Part shown: piece after piece, positions 1-12,521 of the stretch
How the letters are laid out: every line of letters starts with the position of its first letter
How positions within the stretch are numbered: position 1 is the stretch's first letter
Origin: Tricharina praecox
Taxonomy: Eukaryota
Assembly (NCBI RefSeq): GCF_024521635.1
Contig: NW_026250406.1
Coordinates: forward strand, 310,001-374,000
Length of the DNA: 64,000 bases
Direction of reading: 5' to 3'
Notes under the pieces: generated by a model
Seen by the model: the letters and a program-made list of their open reading frames with translations, nothing else
Databases searched by the model: none
Told to the model about the DNA's origin: nothing
Position numbers and translations under genes: made by a program

Positions 1-2
1 TC

Positions 3-368
3 ACTCCCCCGCTGGCCCCAACCCCCTTCCCCACCCTCGTCCCCGACGACGGCCCAGACATGCCGTCAGCAGCTGGGCACCGACCCACCCCCATCCAACC
101 TCCCTCCCTCTTCCCTGCCCCCGCCCCCGCCCCGAGTGACAATCATTCTGTGGCAGGAGAGCCTTCCCAAGACGACAGCTCGGAGAGCAGCCGTGTCGTT
201 GCTGGAAGTTCGGTTTGCTCATCATTCGGCGGAAACTTCACCGACGGCTCGGTCGACGGTGCTACGCCCTCGGGCAGTGGAAGTGAGAGGAGCGAAGAGG
301 GACACGCTTCCGACTTCTGCTTCACTCCGGGCAAGGATGTGCTAGAGGAGGCGGACGACAGCAGCTAA
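3..368 (+). CDS. Possible 3' end of a gene entering from the left edge (Pro/Ser/acidic low-complexity C-terminus), product unknown
   Basis: Frame is open from position 3 to TAA at 366-368; composition is disordered and protein-like; no recognisable domain. Confidence 0.3.
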   Translation, partial: TPPLAPTPFPTLVPDDGPDMPSAAGHRPTPIQPPSLFPAPAPAPSDNHSVAGEPSQDDSSESSRVVAGSSVCSSFGGNFTDGSVDGATPSGSGSERSEEGHASDFCFTPGKDVLEEADDSS

Positions 369-758
369 GCGGGCTGGATCCTGGGGTATTGTGTGTCGAA
401 ATGTGATTATTGTTCTCTGCGATATTTTTGGCGGCGACTTAGCCTTGGGTTCAGACACGCTGGCGGTATCCATGGACCCTTTCCTGTCCGTTGGTGAAGT
501 GCGTGCTACTTATTTGTGCTGTCTTTTACTTGATTCTCTGCTCTGGCTGCTGCTCTGCTTTTCGATGACGGTTTTTCCGATTCTTCAGTCACGTCTTATT
601 ATCTGTTCTATAGCAGAGTTCTCTTGTTATTTCTTTCCAGTCTCTTTGCAGTCTCTGCACTGTCTCATTGCTGTCTCTTTACCATCTCTCTACTGTTTCC
701 TACCCACCTCATCCGTCAATCTCGCGGAATAGAGTTCCGTTGATCATGATCGGCGGAC

Positions 759-810
759 AGATAGGCCTGGAAGATAGGCCTGGAAGATAGGCCTGGAAGC
801 CTGGAAGATA
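759..810. repeat. 13-bp tandem repeat (AGATAGGCCTGGA)x3 plus a partial unit
   Basis: Read directly from the sequence. Confidence 0.85.
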
Positions 811-1449
811 TTTTACTGTGTAGAGCGACTATAATAAAATGTTTTTGCTTTTAATTCGTGCAGTTCTTCGGTGGTCTAGTCTGGTTGAAGTTGATGATAA
901 GTACTTGGGTGACGCGGTACAGTGGATCATGCGATATCACGTCGGTCGTGTGGGCCACTTGCATGGGATAACTATCGCTGATCGGTTGGAACTTGGGCAT
1001 CAATAGTGACTATAGCTAGTACTGTAGCGACTGGAAACCAGTAGGCTCTTCGAGGGGTGCGCGGTGTGGAACCCCACCAGAAACACGCCGAGCTGAGGTC
1101 GAAGCCGGTTCTGGATGACGCAGCACTCCGCGGACGATCAGTTGACCAGGCAATGCTGAAGCTCCTAGCAGGACGGACGTAGGAGCGGGAACGGCAAACC
1201 ACCGCTGCTTATGATCATATGATTCCTTGTACCATACCTACCACAGCTTCTCTTTTGACATTCGTCGGTTTCATCCCCCTTTGTCGCTCGCCTCTCCTAC
1301 GGCGGAACAAAGAACGTTTGGCCTGCAAATACACGTCTTTCTTCCACGACCATGGGCCCGCAAGAGCCAAACCTCTTCCACTGATTGCACAGCGTGGCGT
1401 TGAAAAAACTGTCACCATGACCCTTCCGCTCCTCGCCGACTGCCCACAG

Positions 1450-2116
1450 TTCACGTCCCCCCGCCTGCGGCGAACCAGGCGACTTCTATAGCGGTACAAA
1501 CGGCTACATCGACGCCGACGAGTGCAGCCTCTCGCCCGCCCATTTCGTCCTTGTCCCGCCAACGCCTACACCGCCCCTCGCCCGTCCGGGCCCCGTAATC
1601 TCCCCATCCCACGCATCCCACCAGTCCCACCCGTCCCACCCGCCGTGCCCGCCTAGGCCCACCAGAACCACCACACTCACCACCATCTTCCCTACCACCA
1701 GCAGCAGCAGCAGCACAACCACATACACGTGCAACCACCCACCCCCGGACCGCCGCTTCTACCTCTCGGACAGGGCAGTTATCGCTCTGGTGACGGTACT
1801 GATGCTGGTGTGTATGGCTGCCGTAGGGCTGTGGTGGTGGAGGTGGAGAAGGGCTCTGAAGCGTATGAATGCAAGGGCTGCGGCGGCGGCGAGGAAGGAG
1901 GGTAGGGCGGCGAAGGGGAGGGAGGAGGGGGAGGGTGGGGGTGGAGGCGGGGTGGGGAAGTGTAGGTGGAGGCGACGGGATGTGACGGTGGGCGGAGGGC
2001 GGCGGTGGGCGGTGAGTTTTCCGGCTGATGTGGGGTGTGGGGAGTGTGGCAGAGTTGTCGGTGTAGGCAGGAATACTGTGGCAGAAGATCTGCCAACAGG
2101 AGTCGGGAAGTGGTGA
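1450..2116 (+). CDS. Probable last exon of a single-pass membrane protein (Pro/Ser/Thr-rich stalk, TM helix, basic tail); 5' exons unresolved
   Basis: Frame of ORF 1790..2116 stays open upstream to ~1420 (DFYSGTNGYIDADECSLSP...TTTLTTIFPTTSSSSSTTT), followed by hydrophobic AVIALVTVLMLVCMAAVGLWWW and RWRRALKR; candidate acceptor CACAG near 1449. Confidence 0.4.
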
Positions 2117-2479
2117 CGGTTTACCGGGCAACGCGGGGGTTTCTGCCGCTTCCGTGGTTGGTATTGGCGTAGAGCGGGTTGAATAGACGCAGCTCTGCAT
2201 ATCCAGCACTATTTATTGACTGTTCTTTCAGGTTGTGCTCGGTGCGTGGTGCTGTGTGAGATCGTATGCGGCGTTCCCAGTAGAGTACAGTTCAAGCGTG
2301 GCGCCCCACCAGCTAGCCACTAACTATGTGGCTATTCAACCCATCACATGTTCTTTCTTCGTATCATGGCAGCTCTGTATCTCTTATGTACCCCGCCGTG
2401 GTCTGAATAAAGATTTGATGGAGATCTTCCAACAGGAACTGGCGAACCGCCTCCATGGGATTCCATTGACAATGTGGTA

Positions 2480-2898
2480 CAGTACCGGGCGAATAGGTAC
2501 TGAATCACATGAACCTCGCTGGAAAGATCTCGCCAGAGTGGCTCTCGAGTATTTGGGCATTCGCGCCATCAGAGCAGAGCCGGAACGAGTTTTTAGTCAT
2601 CGTCGTTGCAGCATGGGTGACGACGCACTGAAGGTTCTGGAATGTCTCCAAAGCTGGCAATGAGATGGACTTGTAGCTGCTACATACAAAGGGCGATATC
2701 AAGGAGACGGATATCAGCCACCTATGATCAATGCGCTGTGCGAGGAGGATCTGCAATAGGCAGCTTTACTATAGACGTGTACACAAGTTCATTACTGATT
2801 TCAAACATTTTCCATTCAAAGTGTCAGTCCATCCAGTCGACTGCAGTCCATCCAGCCCTACCAGTTGCGCAGACTGGACTGGACTATCGGAGGCACTG
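2480..2898 (+). mobile_element. Degenerate hAT transposon 3' end: C-terminal dimerisation-domain relic plus right terminus
   Basis: LARVALEYLGIRAIRAEPERVFS-HRRCSMGDDALKVLECLQSW resembles the hAT dimerisation consensus (LA..A.DYL.IPA.S...ERVFS...R..L....EALECLKSW); followed by CAGTC/GACTG subterminal repeats and a terminus reading CAGTGCC on the minus strand at 2898. Confidence 0.75.
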
Positions 2899-5800
2899 GT
2901 GATGAGAGGAACCATCTCGAGTCCATTCCATTGTCCTGCCAGTGATTTCTCTCACCATTAGATTCCATGAGATGTCTGGGTAAGTAACTGTCGCGCCCAG
3001 GAGTTCTCGAGTTCCAACCCCGTATGTGGTAGCGTCGCCTTCTAAGTCCGCCGACTTCAACTTCATCGGCCAGCAATCCAATACCGTAGTCTACCATCGG
3101 TACATACTACGGGTACATACTAGTATCCAGAGCCGAACCAACCGGTAAGGGAACGAAAGCACCACCGGAAGCCGCACGGTGTAGCCGGTGGGGAGATTTC
3201 ACGAACGTTGAATTACATACCCTATAAACTTTCGTATGCACACTGGCGTGCACGAGTGATACCGATGAACGATAAGTTCCCGGTGGCGGCATCCTTCGCG
3301 CACCCGGATATCGTATGTGGGCCATCTCCCGCCTCTCATCCCCTGCCTCCCGCCTCCCGCCTCCCGCCTTCCGTCTCCGTGCCGAGCCGAACCGTTCGTC
3401 CTCGGGAAAGCCGGCACTACCTACTACCTAAGACTAGTGGGGTAAGTAGTCCCGCCAGGCCCGGAGCGGACTGGACTCTGGAGGGAAGTGTTGCTTGCGC
3501 CATCGTGATGATGCCATGCACTTGTACTGTAAGCGTGGTGGTTATCAAGCTAGACACATCATCCACCGTCACCAGCAGCAGTAGTTGTGTAAACAATCGC
3601 TGTGCACCACTGCCGCTTCATCCAGTTGGTCTTTATAAAGCATACAAAAGAACAACTGTATAGAAACATCCGTTATGGTGTAGTGGCTAGCATCGGCCGC
3701 TCTCAAGCAGAGCATTAAACCGGCCAGACCGGGGTTCAATTCCCCGTAACGGAACAAATTCTTTTTGCATTCATTTTCTGCCGCTTTTTGCGCATTCCTT
3801 TGTAGGGCGTTCCATTTCTTTTCTCCCCCCTTCGCAGCCGTTGTCCGTGGTGCGGTGGCGGCGCGGTAGTCACGGCTCGGCTCGGAGGAGCTTCGGGGCT
3901 TCGGCGATCACGAAGGCAGGCCAAGCTCCCAGACTCCCAGTTGGGGAAACCGATGCGTGGGGCGTCGACTCGTTGCCACTCGTGCCGGAAGAACAACCAC
4001 GTAAGTGCTTGGTAGGTAAGTAACCCCCCCCCCCCACTCCTGCCTCGTGGGGGTGAGGCACGGGGGGGACAGGGGACGCGGGGGTTGGGCACTTGGGAGG
4101 AGCTGCACAAGGACGTGAGCAGATGATTGGCTTCTAGAAGTTTGTAGGTTTGCCGGTGCCACTGTGCTGTGTAGGCAGGGTTTGTGCCGACGAGAATTCG
4201 AGGAGCACCTACCCGTGTTCTCACTCGCACTCGCACGATGGATGATGGATCTGGATTGATGAGGATAGATGGATGGGCGATCACGCGGGATGGGTATGGA
4301 GTACAGAGACGTGCTACATGAGCGGCGTGGGGGGGATGCGCATCGTGAATGAAGCCTGACGGGCTGTGCATGCGCGCGGGGGGAGTGGGGGGATACTAGG
4401 TACTGTGTCCAGCTCCCGCTGCGTTTGAACTTTGATGCTCGTACGTACATAAAATTTGCACTCGCCTCGTACATACCAGGCTGACTGGCTGGCAGGCCGG
4501 ATGGATGACTGGCTGGCTGGCTGGCTCCGTGCCTTACGCTGGCCCGACGCCTTCACAGTCCACAGTTCACGAAGCGATTGATTGATCGATCGATAGATCG
4601 AATGATTGATTGATTGCAGTGTAACTAGTGCAATGGTCACGGGTTTCCTTCGTTTCCATCGTTTCCATCGTCTCCATTTCCATCGTTTCTATCACGTTAC
4701 ATAGCACCAGCACTCTATATACTCACATGGAGCTCTCGGGCGTTCTCGCTTCACCCTCGGCAGCTGATCCGAATTCCACCGGGCGCCGGGGCCAGCACTG
4801 TGGCTGGGCATCGTCCGCATCGTTCGAATCGTTCGATTATTCCGGTGCCCCGCCTTGTCTTCGCCACAGGGGGGGAAAGAAAGGAAAAAAAAGTGTTCGT
4901 GGTGGTGGACGGCGAGCTCAGCTTTATTCGTCATTCGTCATTCGAGGAGGAGGAGGAGCTGGGCCGTGGTTGATGACTTGACAGCTTCCATCTCATGTTC
5001 CCAAAGGAACGCTCCACCAATCTACCAGGATGAAGGATGAAGTACCTACTCTACCAGTAACCACGGTCACGAAGATGTATACGCATAGTCCAGCCGACCC
5101 GACCCTTTTCAACCCTTTTCGACACGACTCGATGGGGTTGGACGGTTGGAGGGAGGGAACGCTGGATGCCTGCCTTGTACTTACATACCATCTTCAAGCG
5201 CTTGTTTTTTCCGCATGACCTGTCTGCCATGCGCTGCGATTTCTTTCTTTATTTCTTTGGCTGGAGGGCGCTGCGAAAGATGGCGACAAGCAACAAAGAG
5301 GTCATCTTATGGTAGCAAGCAGACGGGGAAGGGGACCAGCCAGTTGGGACTGAAGCAGAGAAGCATAAGGCGTGGCGACGGTAGTGGCAATGGAAGAAGG
5401 AGAGGAGGAGGAGGGGGAAGAAGAAGGAGAAGGCGAAGCTGGAGAAGCAAAAGAAGCAGAAACCCCAACCCAACCGGTCGTCGTGAAGAAGAAGAAGCAA
5501 AAATGCAACCTAACCGGTCATCGTGAAGGAGAAGGCGAAGCAGCAGAAGCAGCAGAAGCAGAACAAGAAGAAGCAAAATAAGAAGCAAAAGCACCAACCA
5601 AACCCGTCATCGTGAAAAACACCATGCCATGACACCATAACACCATATCCAGTCCCACGTCCCACGCAGCTCACACACACGCACACACACAGACACACAC
5701 ACACGCAAAAACCTACGCACTCACGCACGAGAAACATACGACATCACTCGTCTGCACGCGGAACTTCGGTTGTGGCCCGCTGCTGCTGCTGCTGCTGCAT

Positions 5801-7818
5801 GGTTGTGGTTTTGGTTTTTGGCTGAATGGGTTTTGATTAGATTGTTATTGTCGTCGTCCTTGTCGTCGACGTTGAGCCGAACTCTGTGCCTGCTGTGCGC
5901 TGAGGGGTAGATGCGGATGCGGATGGGGATGCACCACTTGACTTTGAGCTGCTGTAATCGGCCGCGGTCGGGCGGATAGAGTTTAGTTCCACTTCGTCGC
6001 GACTCGCGATGGGATTCCGTGAAAGTTGAGGAAGCTCAGTGGCGAGAGTGGTGGGAAGTGCAAGTGCATATAACGGCACAAGTGAAGGGCTGAGATGGGG
6101 TAGTGGGAGGAGAGGATGGAAGATGGGGAAGATGGAGTGGGAGAGGAAGGGGAAGAGGAAGAGGAAGAGGAAGAGCTGGTGAAGGGTGAAGGGTGAAGGG
6201 TAAAAAGCGTGTGTGTGTGTGGTGTGAATCCGAGCCGAACGTGTAAAAGCAGAATAAGGCGGGATTTGGTAACTGGTTGCACTCGTATGAATGCGGCGAG
6301 TCCGTCATGATTCATGACCACGGGACGTAGAAGAGTGCGTGTCTCCATACGGTGAACGGTGAACGGCGGCGGCGGGGTTTACTCAGCGCGCACAGCAAAC
6401 AGCTCAATCCGTTCATTCATCGCGGACGAGGAAGGAGTCAGGGCGCGAGTGCGAGTCCTCCCTCGGTTTCGAGGGGGCAACGAGCTCTCGAATTTTCTGG
6501 GCACTCCTTCCCCCCTCCCGGCCACCACGATAGTACTAGCTGGCCACCGGCTTTGCTTGTTCGACTTGTGGGCCAGATTTGCTTTTCTCACGATGCTCCT
6601 GTGCTGGCTGCGAACGAATCGATGCTACCTGAGCCCCCCGAAAAGTGGGCCTGCTCTGGCCATTGGCACTCCGCGCCCGCGACGACCGACATTGGCACTC
6701 GCCGGCTCTCCCGCTGCTGCTTCTGCTTCTGATGACTGTCTGACTGAGCAACTTCTGCTCTGGCCACAGCAATAATCTATAGCATACATACTCCACCGAC
6801 CGAACTCTACTCTACTCTAACTCTGCCAACAAAACAACAACTATCTCCTACCGAGCCTGACGGGCTATTCTACCTACTCTGTACCCACTTCCCTATCATC
6901 CTTCAACTACTCTACCTATAGTGCACTCCTCAGCTAGCCTCCCCTCCCCCCAACTGTTCTGGCTATTCACCTCCATCTTGTCCATCTGGCTCCTCCGCCT
7001 TCTACTGCTTCTTCTTCTTCTTCTTCTGCTTCTTCGTCTTCTGCTTCTTCTTCTTCCGCTTCTTCTTCCGCTTCTTCCGCTTCTTCTCCTCTCACTTCCC
7101 GACCTCTGACTCACCACTGCTTCGGAGTCGTCCGTGTCGTTCGTTTTTCCCACACCCGACAAACACATTACCCACACACACGCACCCTCGGCGCACGCAG
7201 ATTATTTCACAGCAGAAACACACACATAACCGCCGTCGCTTTTGTCCAGGCCCATCCAGCCCTGCCCTGTCGCTTGTCGCCATCGCCCATCGCCACCGCT
7301 CGGCCCGACTATTGACTACTACCACTTTACTCTATACCATATCGACCGACTGCCACCACTGCCACCACCACCACCTTCAATAACCACCACCACCACTACC
7401 CGACGTCTACCTGCTGTTGCGCCCTTCTCCTCCGCATCCCCGACCGTACCGCAACGTACCGTAGCACGCATATCGCACGCGCCATCGTAGCGGCATCGTC
7501 TCCGACTTGACCAGTGCCACCCGTCCTTTCGCGAAAAGAAGGTTATCGACACCGAAAGCGACAAGGAGCGCGAGCCAGCCCGACGGAGAAAGGGAAGGAC
7601 ACAGAGAGCGCGAACCATCCAGAGACAAGCACCAAAGCCAGCCAGCCAGCCAGCAGCCAGCCAGCCAGCAGCCAGCGGACATCACGCTCATCGTACATCG
7701 CATCGCATAGAACCCGACCGACCCTACCCGCCTCACCGTCCCTTTCCACCTTGCCTACTGTCGGGCGGTACCGTACCACATTCATCGGCCCTATAGCGAG
7801 CGAGAGAGCCGTTCCAAC

Positions 7819-8210
7819 ATGTCGACGACTTCTTCATCATCAAATAAGAGGGCTCGTTCAGAGCAATCCTCGGCGGTTCGTGGCATTCCCTCCGCCCTTT
7901 TTACCCTTCTCCCCCGGTTTGAGTCATCGTTCCCCTTCCACCTCCCCCCACCCCCACGGCCGCGGCCAGTCTCTCTCCTTCGCAGCCTTCCACCCTCCTC
8001 CTCCATCTCTCCGTCTTCTAGAGCACTGTATCCCTTGCGAAGCCCGAGCCGAAAGCTAACAAGACATCCAGTGCACCGAGTGTCAGGTATGAATGGCGAT
8101 TTCCACCCGCATCCCCTCCTCCTCCCGTGTCTCGATTATATCTTGTATGAATGAACGACTGAAGAGTCGCCCGTAATTATATTTTGTAGCGTAGGAAAGG
8201 AAAGGTACGT

Positions 8211-8284
<74 letters not shown>

Positions 8285-11169
8285 GTTCCTCTCTGCTGCC
8301 CTGCTTCGTCGCAAACGCACATTCCTTTCTTCGCGTACATATGTGCGACCGGGGAGATGGGAGGCTCTGCTCCCCTGCATATCGGCTTTGCACATTCACC
8401 CTCAGCCCCCCCTCCTCGTGATCGTCTTTGCACCTTCAGCTTGGTCATTCACCCTCGCGCCCGTACGGTCGGCCGAGCCCCCCTCGCTCCCTCTCACTCA
8501 ACCGATAACCCACCAACGCCCTGCCGCTTCACCGAGAAAACAAAAAGACTCAATTGGCTGACCATGGCATCGTTTCTACTCAATACAGTGTGTTGGGGGA
8601 AGACCCTGTACGTTCTGTGCCAAGACCGGCCGAAAATGTATCGATCAACCTCAGATATCGCGGATTCCTCTCACGAGAAAGTCAGTATACGCTTCCCCAC
8701 CACCTGGGGAAGGGCTAACGTTGACCCGCGTTATGTAGAAACATGGACGACCTCCATGATCGCTGCCAACGTCTACAGTCCCTGCTCCAGAGCATAGATC
8801 CGTCCATCGACGTCGAAGACCTGATTGGCGGCAGCCTGCCCTCGACCACGCGCTACGGCCACGACCGGAAACAGTCCTCGGGCGCCGAATCGTCGGGTGT
8901 AACTACACCGGAAGAGGAGGATCACGATTCTGATGGCGAGGAGGATATGAACCAGTGCAAGTTCGAGTGGCACGAAGGCAATCCCACGCTCAACGACGCT
9001 GGCGCTGCCCTGGCGGACGGAATGGCCGGATTGAATATCGACTCGAAAGAGGTGGGCTATCTAGGTTAGTCGGTCTTTCCGGTCATCGGTGATGATGCGC
9101 ACCACCGGTGAAGGCGTTGGCACTCGATGGCGGTATCGGGGGCGGGCGGGAGAGAGAGGAGGGGCCTGGCGGGGGAGAAGTGGCTACTAACCGGATTTCT
9201 TCGTATAGGACGGTCATCTGCCGCGGCGCTGTTGAGACACGTTTGTCGCCTCCTCAAAGCACACGAACAATCCACCGGAACCGTGGGCTGCGAACTGATG
9301 GAAGCCATATCGCCGATGCCGTCGCCAAAGATGAACAATGCCGAGAAGCGCCTGTACGTCACCTGGACCGAGGACTCGTTGATCGACTCCTACTTCCGCT
9401 GCCACCACGCATCGTACCCGATCCTTCACGAAGCCATCTTCCGTGACCAGGTGACGAAGCAACGAAGCAACGACCTCAAGGTCAACACGCACTGGCAGAC
9501 GCTTTACCGGATGGTTCTCGTCACCGGTGCCTTTATGAGTAGTACCGATCACAGCGACACCACGGTGGATATGGACATCTACAAGACGGTCAACGACACC
9601 TTTAGCACCTTGGACTTTCTGTCGTATGGAACTTTGGAAGGGGTGCAGGCTCTGGCGTTAATGGTATGTGGCCATCGTTTCCCAGTTTACCCCCCTCCTC
9701 AGCTGGTAGCAGCAACAGCAGCCCCCTAACGCTCTTCTCCTCCCTAGGGCGCATACCTCCAAAAGCGAGATAATCCCAATACCGGCTACAACTGTCTCGG
9801 AATGGCGATGCGCATGGCACTCGGTCTTGGCCTCCACCGCGATGTCACCGAGAGCAAAGGCACAACCCTCGGAATGGAGATACGCCGTCGCATCTGGTGG
9901 ACCCTCTACATCTTCGATGTCGGCGCTTCAATCACCTTTGGCCGCCCCACGATCCCGAGCGACAAGGTCTTCACCAAGATCCCGATGAACGTCAACGACT
10001 ACAATTTGACGGACCGGAACGCCATCCTCCCGCCGCCGTGCGAAACCGTAACGGCCTACTCCGCCATGATCGCCCACGCACACCTGGTGGTCCTGATGAA
10101 CCGCATCCATCTGAACTTCTTCATCCACCCGCGATCCCTCAGCTCTTGCCGCTTGCCGCTGAGCCGCGAATTGATCGCCAAATTTGACGAGCAGATCGCG
10201 CGCTGGCATTCCGCGCTGCCTTCGTACTTTAGCGAGCGCAACTGCGAGCCCTGGTTCGCGGCGCCGAGAGCGGTGGTGGAGTGGAAGGCGATGAACTTGA
10301 GGATGCTGATGTACAAGTGTTTCCTCGACTGCCTCTCGTACTCGCCGGTCGACCATCCCGGTCCCGTCTCGTCGCAGATTCCTGCCAACCGACAGACCCA
10401 TATCGCGCTACTTCCGGAAGTGCGCAAGTGCCTCACGTTCGCCCTGTCGACGCTGTCCTCGATCCGCAAGTTCACCAACACGCACAAGCCACTGTGGCAC
10501 GGTGTGGGTTGGTACGCCACCTACTACGTCTTTCAAGCGGCGCTCGTCCTGGTCACCGCCATCCTCTCGGTTCCGCGGGATGCATCCGTGAGCGTGTGGA
10601 AGGACGGTGTGCTCGACGCACTGATGTGTCTGCGCACCATCGAGACATCGACCGCGTCGGCGAGCCGCGTCGCCGCGGTTCTCCGCTGGTGTCTGCTACG
10701 CATCGAGGGTGGTGAGGTCCAACGGCCGTGTCTCGGCATGTTCGAACAGCCCATCGAGGAATGTCGCATCAGCGTCAACGAGTACCGCCAGCAGATGGAG
10801 ATGGAATACAACGGCATGCTCGGAGTCGGCGGGCATCCCGGCGAGGGCATGTCCGGTGGTGGTGGCGGTGGTGGTAATGGTGGTAATGGTGGCGGCGGAG
10901 GAGCTGGCTGGAACGAAGGCTACACATTCGGCCAAGGCGGTCTTGGCGGAGCCACGTTTTTTGGTCAATTCGAGAACCCGACGCCACCGGAGCTGGACGT
11001 GCCCGAGTTCAGCGCTGGCACGTTCTGGGGCGACGATATCGGCCTCTTCAGCGAGGCCGGCTTGATGGGCATGGGCCTTGGCGCCGGGATCGAAATGCCC
11101 AGCACCGTTCCGCCGCCCCAGATGCAGAGTTATACCAGAATCCCGCCGGGTGGGTTTAATATTTCTTAG
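7819..11169 (+). CDS. Gal4-like Zn(II)2Cys6 fungal transcription factor with fungal-specific TF middle domain; exons 7819-7875, 8072-8086, 8190-8204, 8589-8680, 8739-9064, 9209-9663, 9748-11169
   Basis: Six GT-AG introns, most with CTAAC/CTGAC branch sites, join in frame to give A-CTEC-QRRKGK-C-VGGRP-CTFC-AKTGRK-C (C-x2-C-x6-C-x5-C-x2-C-x6-C), a coiled coil, GYLGRSS, YF...H.SYPILHE..F, LMGAYLQKRDNPNTGYN, MALGLGLHRD, EIRRRIWW and an acidic/aromatic C-terminus. Confidence 0.93.
8214..8284. repeat. (CT)n microsatellite in intron 3 of the transcription factor
   Basis: About 33 CT units, interrupted, directly after the donor of micro-exon 3. Confidence 0.95.
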
Positions 11170-11986
11170 AGAGGTCGCGGGGGCCGGGGGCGGGGACGGG
11201 GGGAAGGGATCTGTTGCTGTTGCTGTTGCTGTTGCTGTTGGCTGTCGCGTTGTAGAAGGGGTGGGAGTGGAGGTGTGCATCCGGGATGGGTGGGGCGTTC
11301 CTGCTTAGCTTTTTTTCCTTACGCTTTCTGCTTCCTGCTTTCATCTTTCATCTTTCATTGTTTTCATCAACTTTGTAAATTGGTACATATTGACTCTTTG
11401 TGTTGTTATCGTTGTGGTTGTTGTGATTGTTGTGATTGTTGTTGTCTGTCGTTGTGGGATAACGTTTCAGAGTTGGTGTTCTCTCTCACTCGCTCTTGAG
11501 TCTCGATACCCAACTTAACTTGACTTCCCAGGACATGTTTGGCTGGGGGGGATGTGTGCGCTTTCCGTTTTTATTTCTTTGTCTGCTGTTTTTGTATTGA
11601 CTTCACTTTCGGTTTGAGGGGGTTTCCGAGGGGTTGCTAAACGCGAACGCGTGCCTACTATAGTCGGATGATTGATGGGTGAAACGGTGAGATGGTGAGA
11701 TGGTGAGATGACGCGGGATAAGGAAATGGGTGCGTACGAGGGGGATGAGACCAATGAAATGGGTATTCGAGGGTATTCGATGGGCTTGTGTGTGCGTGTG
11801 TCTGTGCGTGTGGACCAACGACTGTTGATATGGTGATGATGATGGTGATGGAGGCGACGGGCGACGGGCGTAGACGTGAAGTTTGAGTGCTCGTGTACTT
11901 CCAGCTGGTATAGACAAGAGATGACATTTCGATATCGAGGATGGAGGATGGTGACGGCAGGCGGGACGCGACTGGAGGGGAGGGAT

Positions 11987-11988
11987 GG

Positions 11989-12038
<50 letters not shown>
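11987..12038. repeat. (GGCA)n tetranucleotide microsatellite
   Basis: Read directly from the sequence. Confidence 0.9.
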
Positions 12039-12039
<1 letters not shown>

Positions 12040-12521
12040 TCGGGAGGGGAATAGAAGGGGGGGCCAACAGCACTTGATCGTTGACTACCAAGTTCCAACT
12101 GCACCGTTTGCTTTTCCAATGTACCCTTTGCTTTTCCAATGTACCCTTTAGAAGTGATTGACTCTGATGTATGTCACTGAAGAGAGAGTGATCTTTGATG
12201 CTCCCGACACGCCGCACTGGGGGGGGGGGGACTGGCCGGAGGCAAGTGACGATCTCGGTGCAGCTAACAGCTTTTTTGTTTAATCATCGTAACATTCGAG
12301 CTTATAAGATCATGGCAGATCAATCTCCGTTTCCACACCACTGGTGACGGTCTCGGTGCTACAAAAAGCCAGCGGTCTGAACTTGCATACAGCTCGTGAC
12401 GAGTGAGTGTCCGTGAACGGGATACCGTGCCCCACCTCACCTCGCTATTGATGGAGCGTAGGTCTCTCGACGCCTCTGTATTACGGCGAGCGACGAGCAG
12501 CGGTTAGGAGCGACCAAACTA

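Noticed and set aside
391..975. Possible transposon relic (AG-rich minus strand, 13-bp repeats, terminus-like sequence near 970)
   Set aside because: No recognisable protein motif, partner TIR or TSD found
3736..4640. Overlapping 100-210-aa ORFs on the minus strand
   Set aside because: Low-complexity GC-rich frames without domains or a consistent splice model
6896..7790. Leu-rich, Arg-rich and Gln/Pro ORFs upstream of the TF
   Set aside because: Translations of (CTT)n, (CCA)n and (CCAG)n microsatellites in a probable promoter or 5' UTR
9928..11280. Long antisense and alternate-frame ORFs over the TF last exon
   Set aside because: Expected shadows of a GC3-rich coding exon
11515..12217. Minus-strand ORFs with PACL repeats converging on the TF
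   Set aside because: Derived from the (GGCA)n microsatellite; splice signals too weak to call a gene
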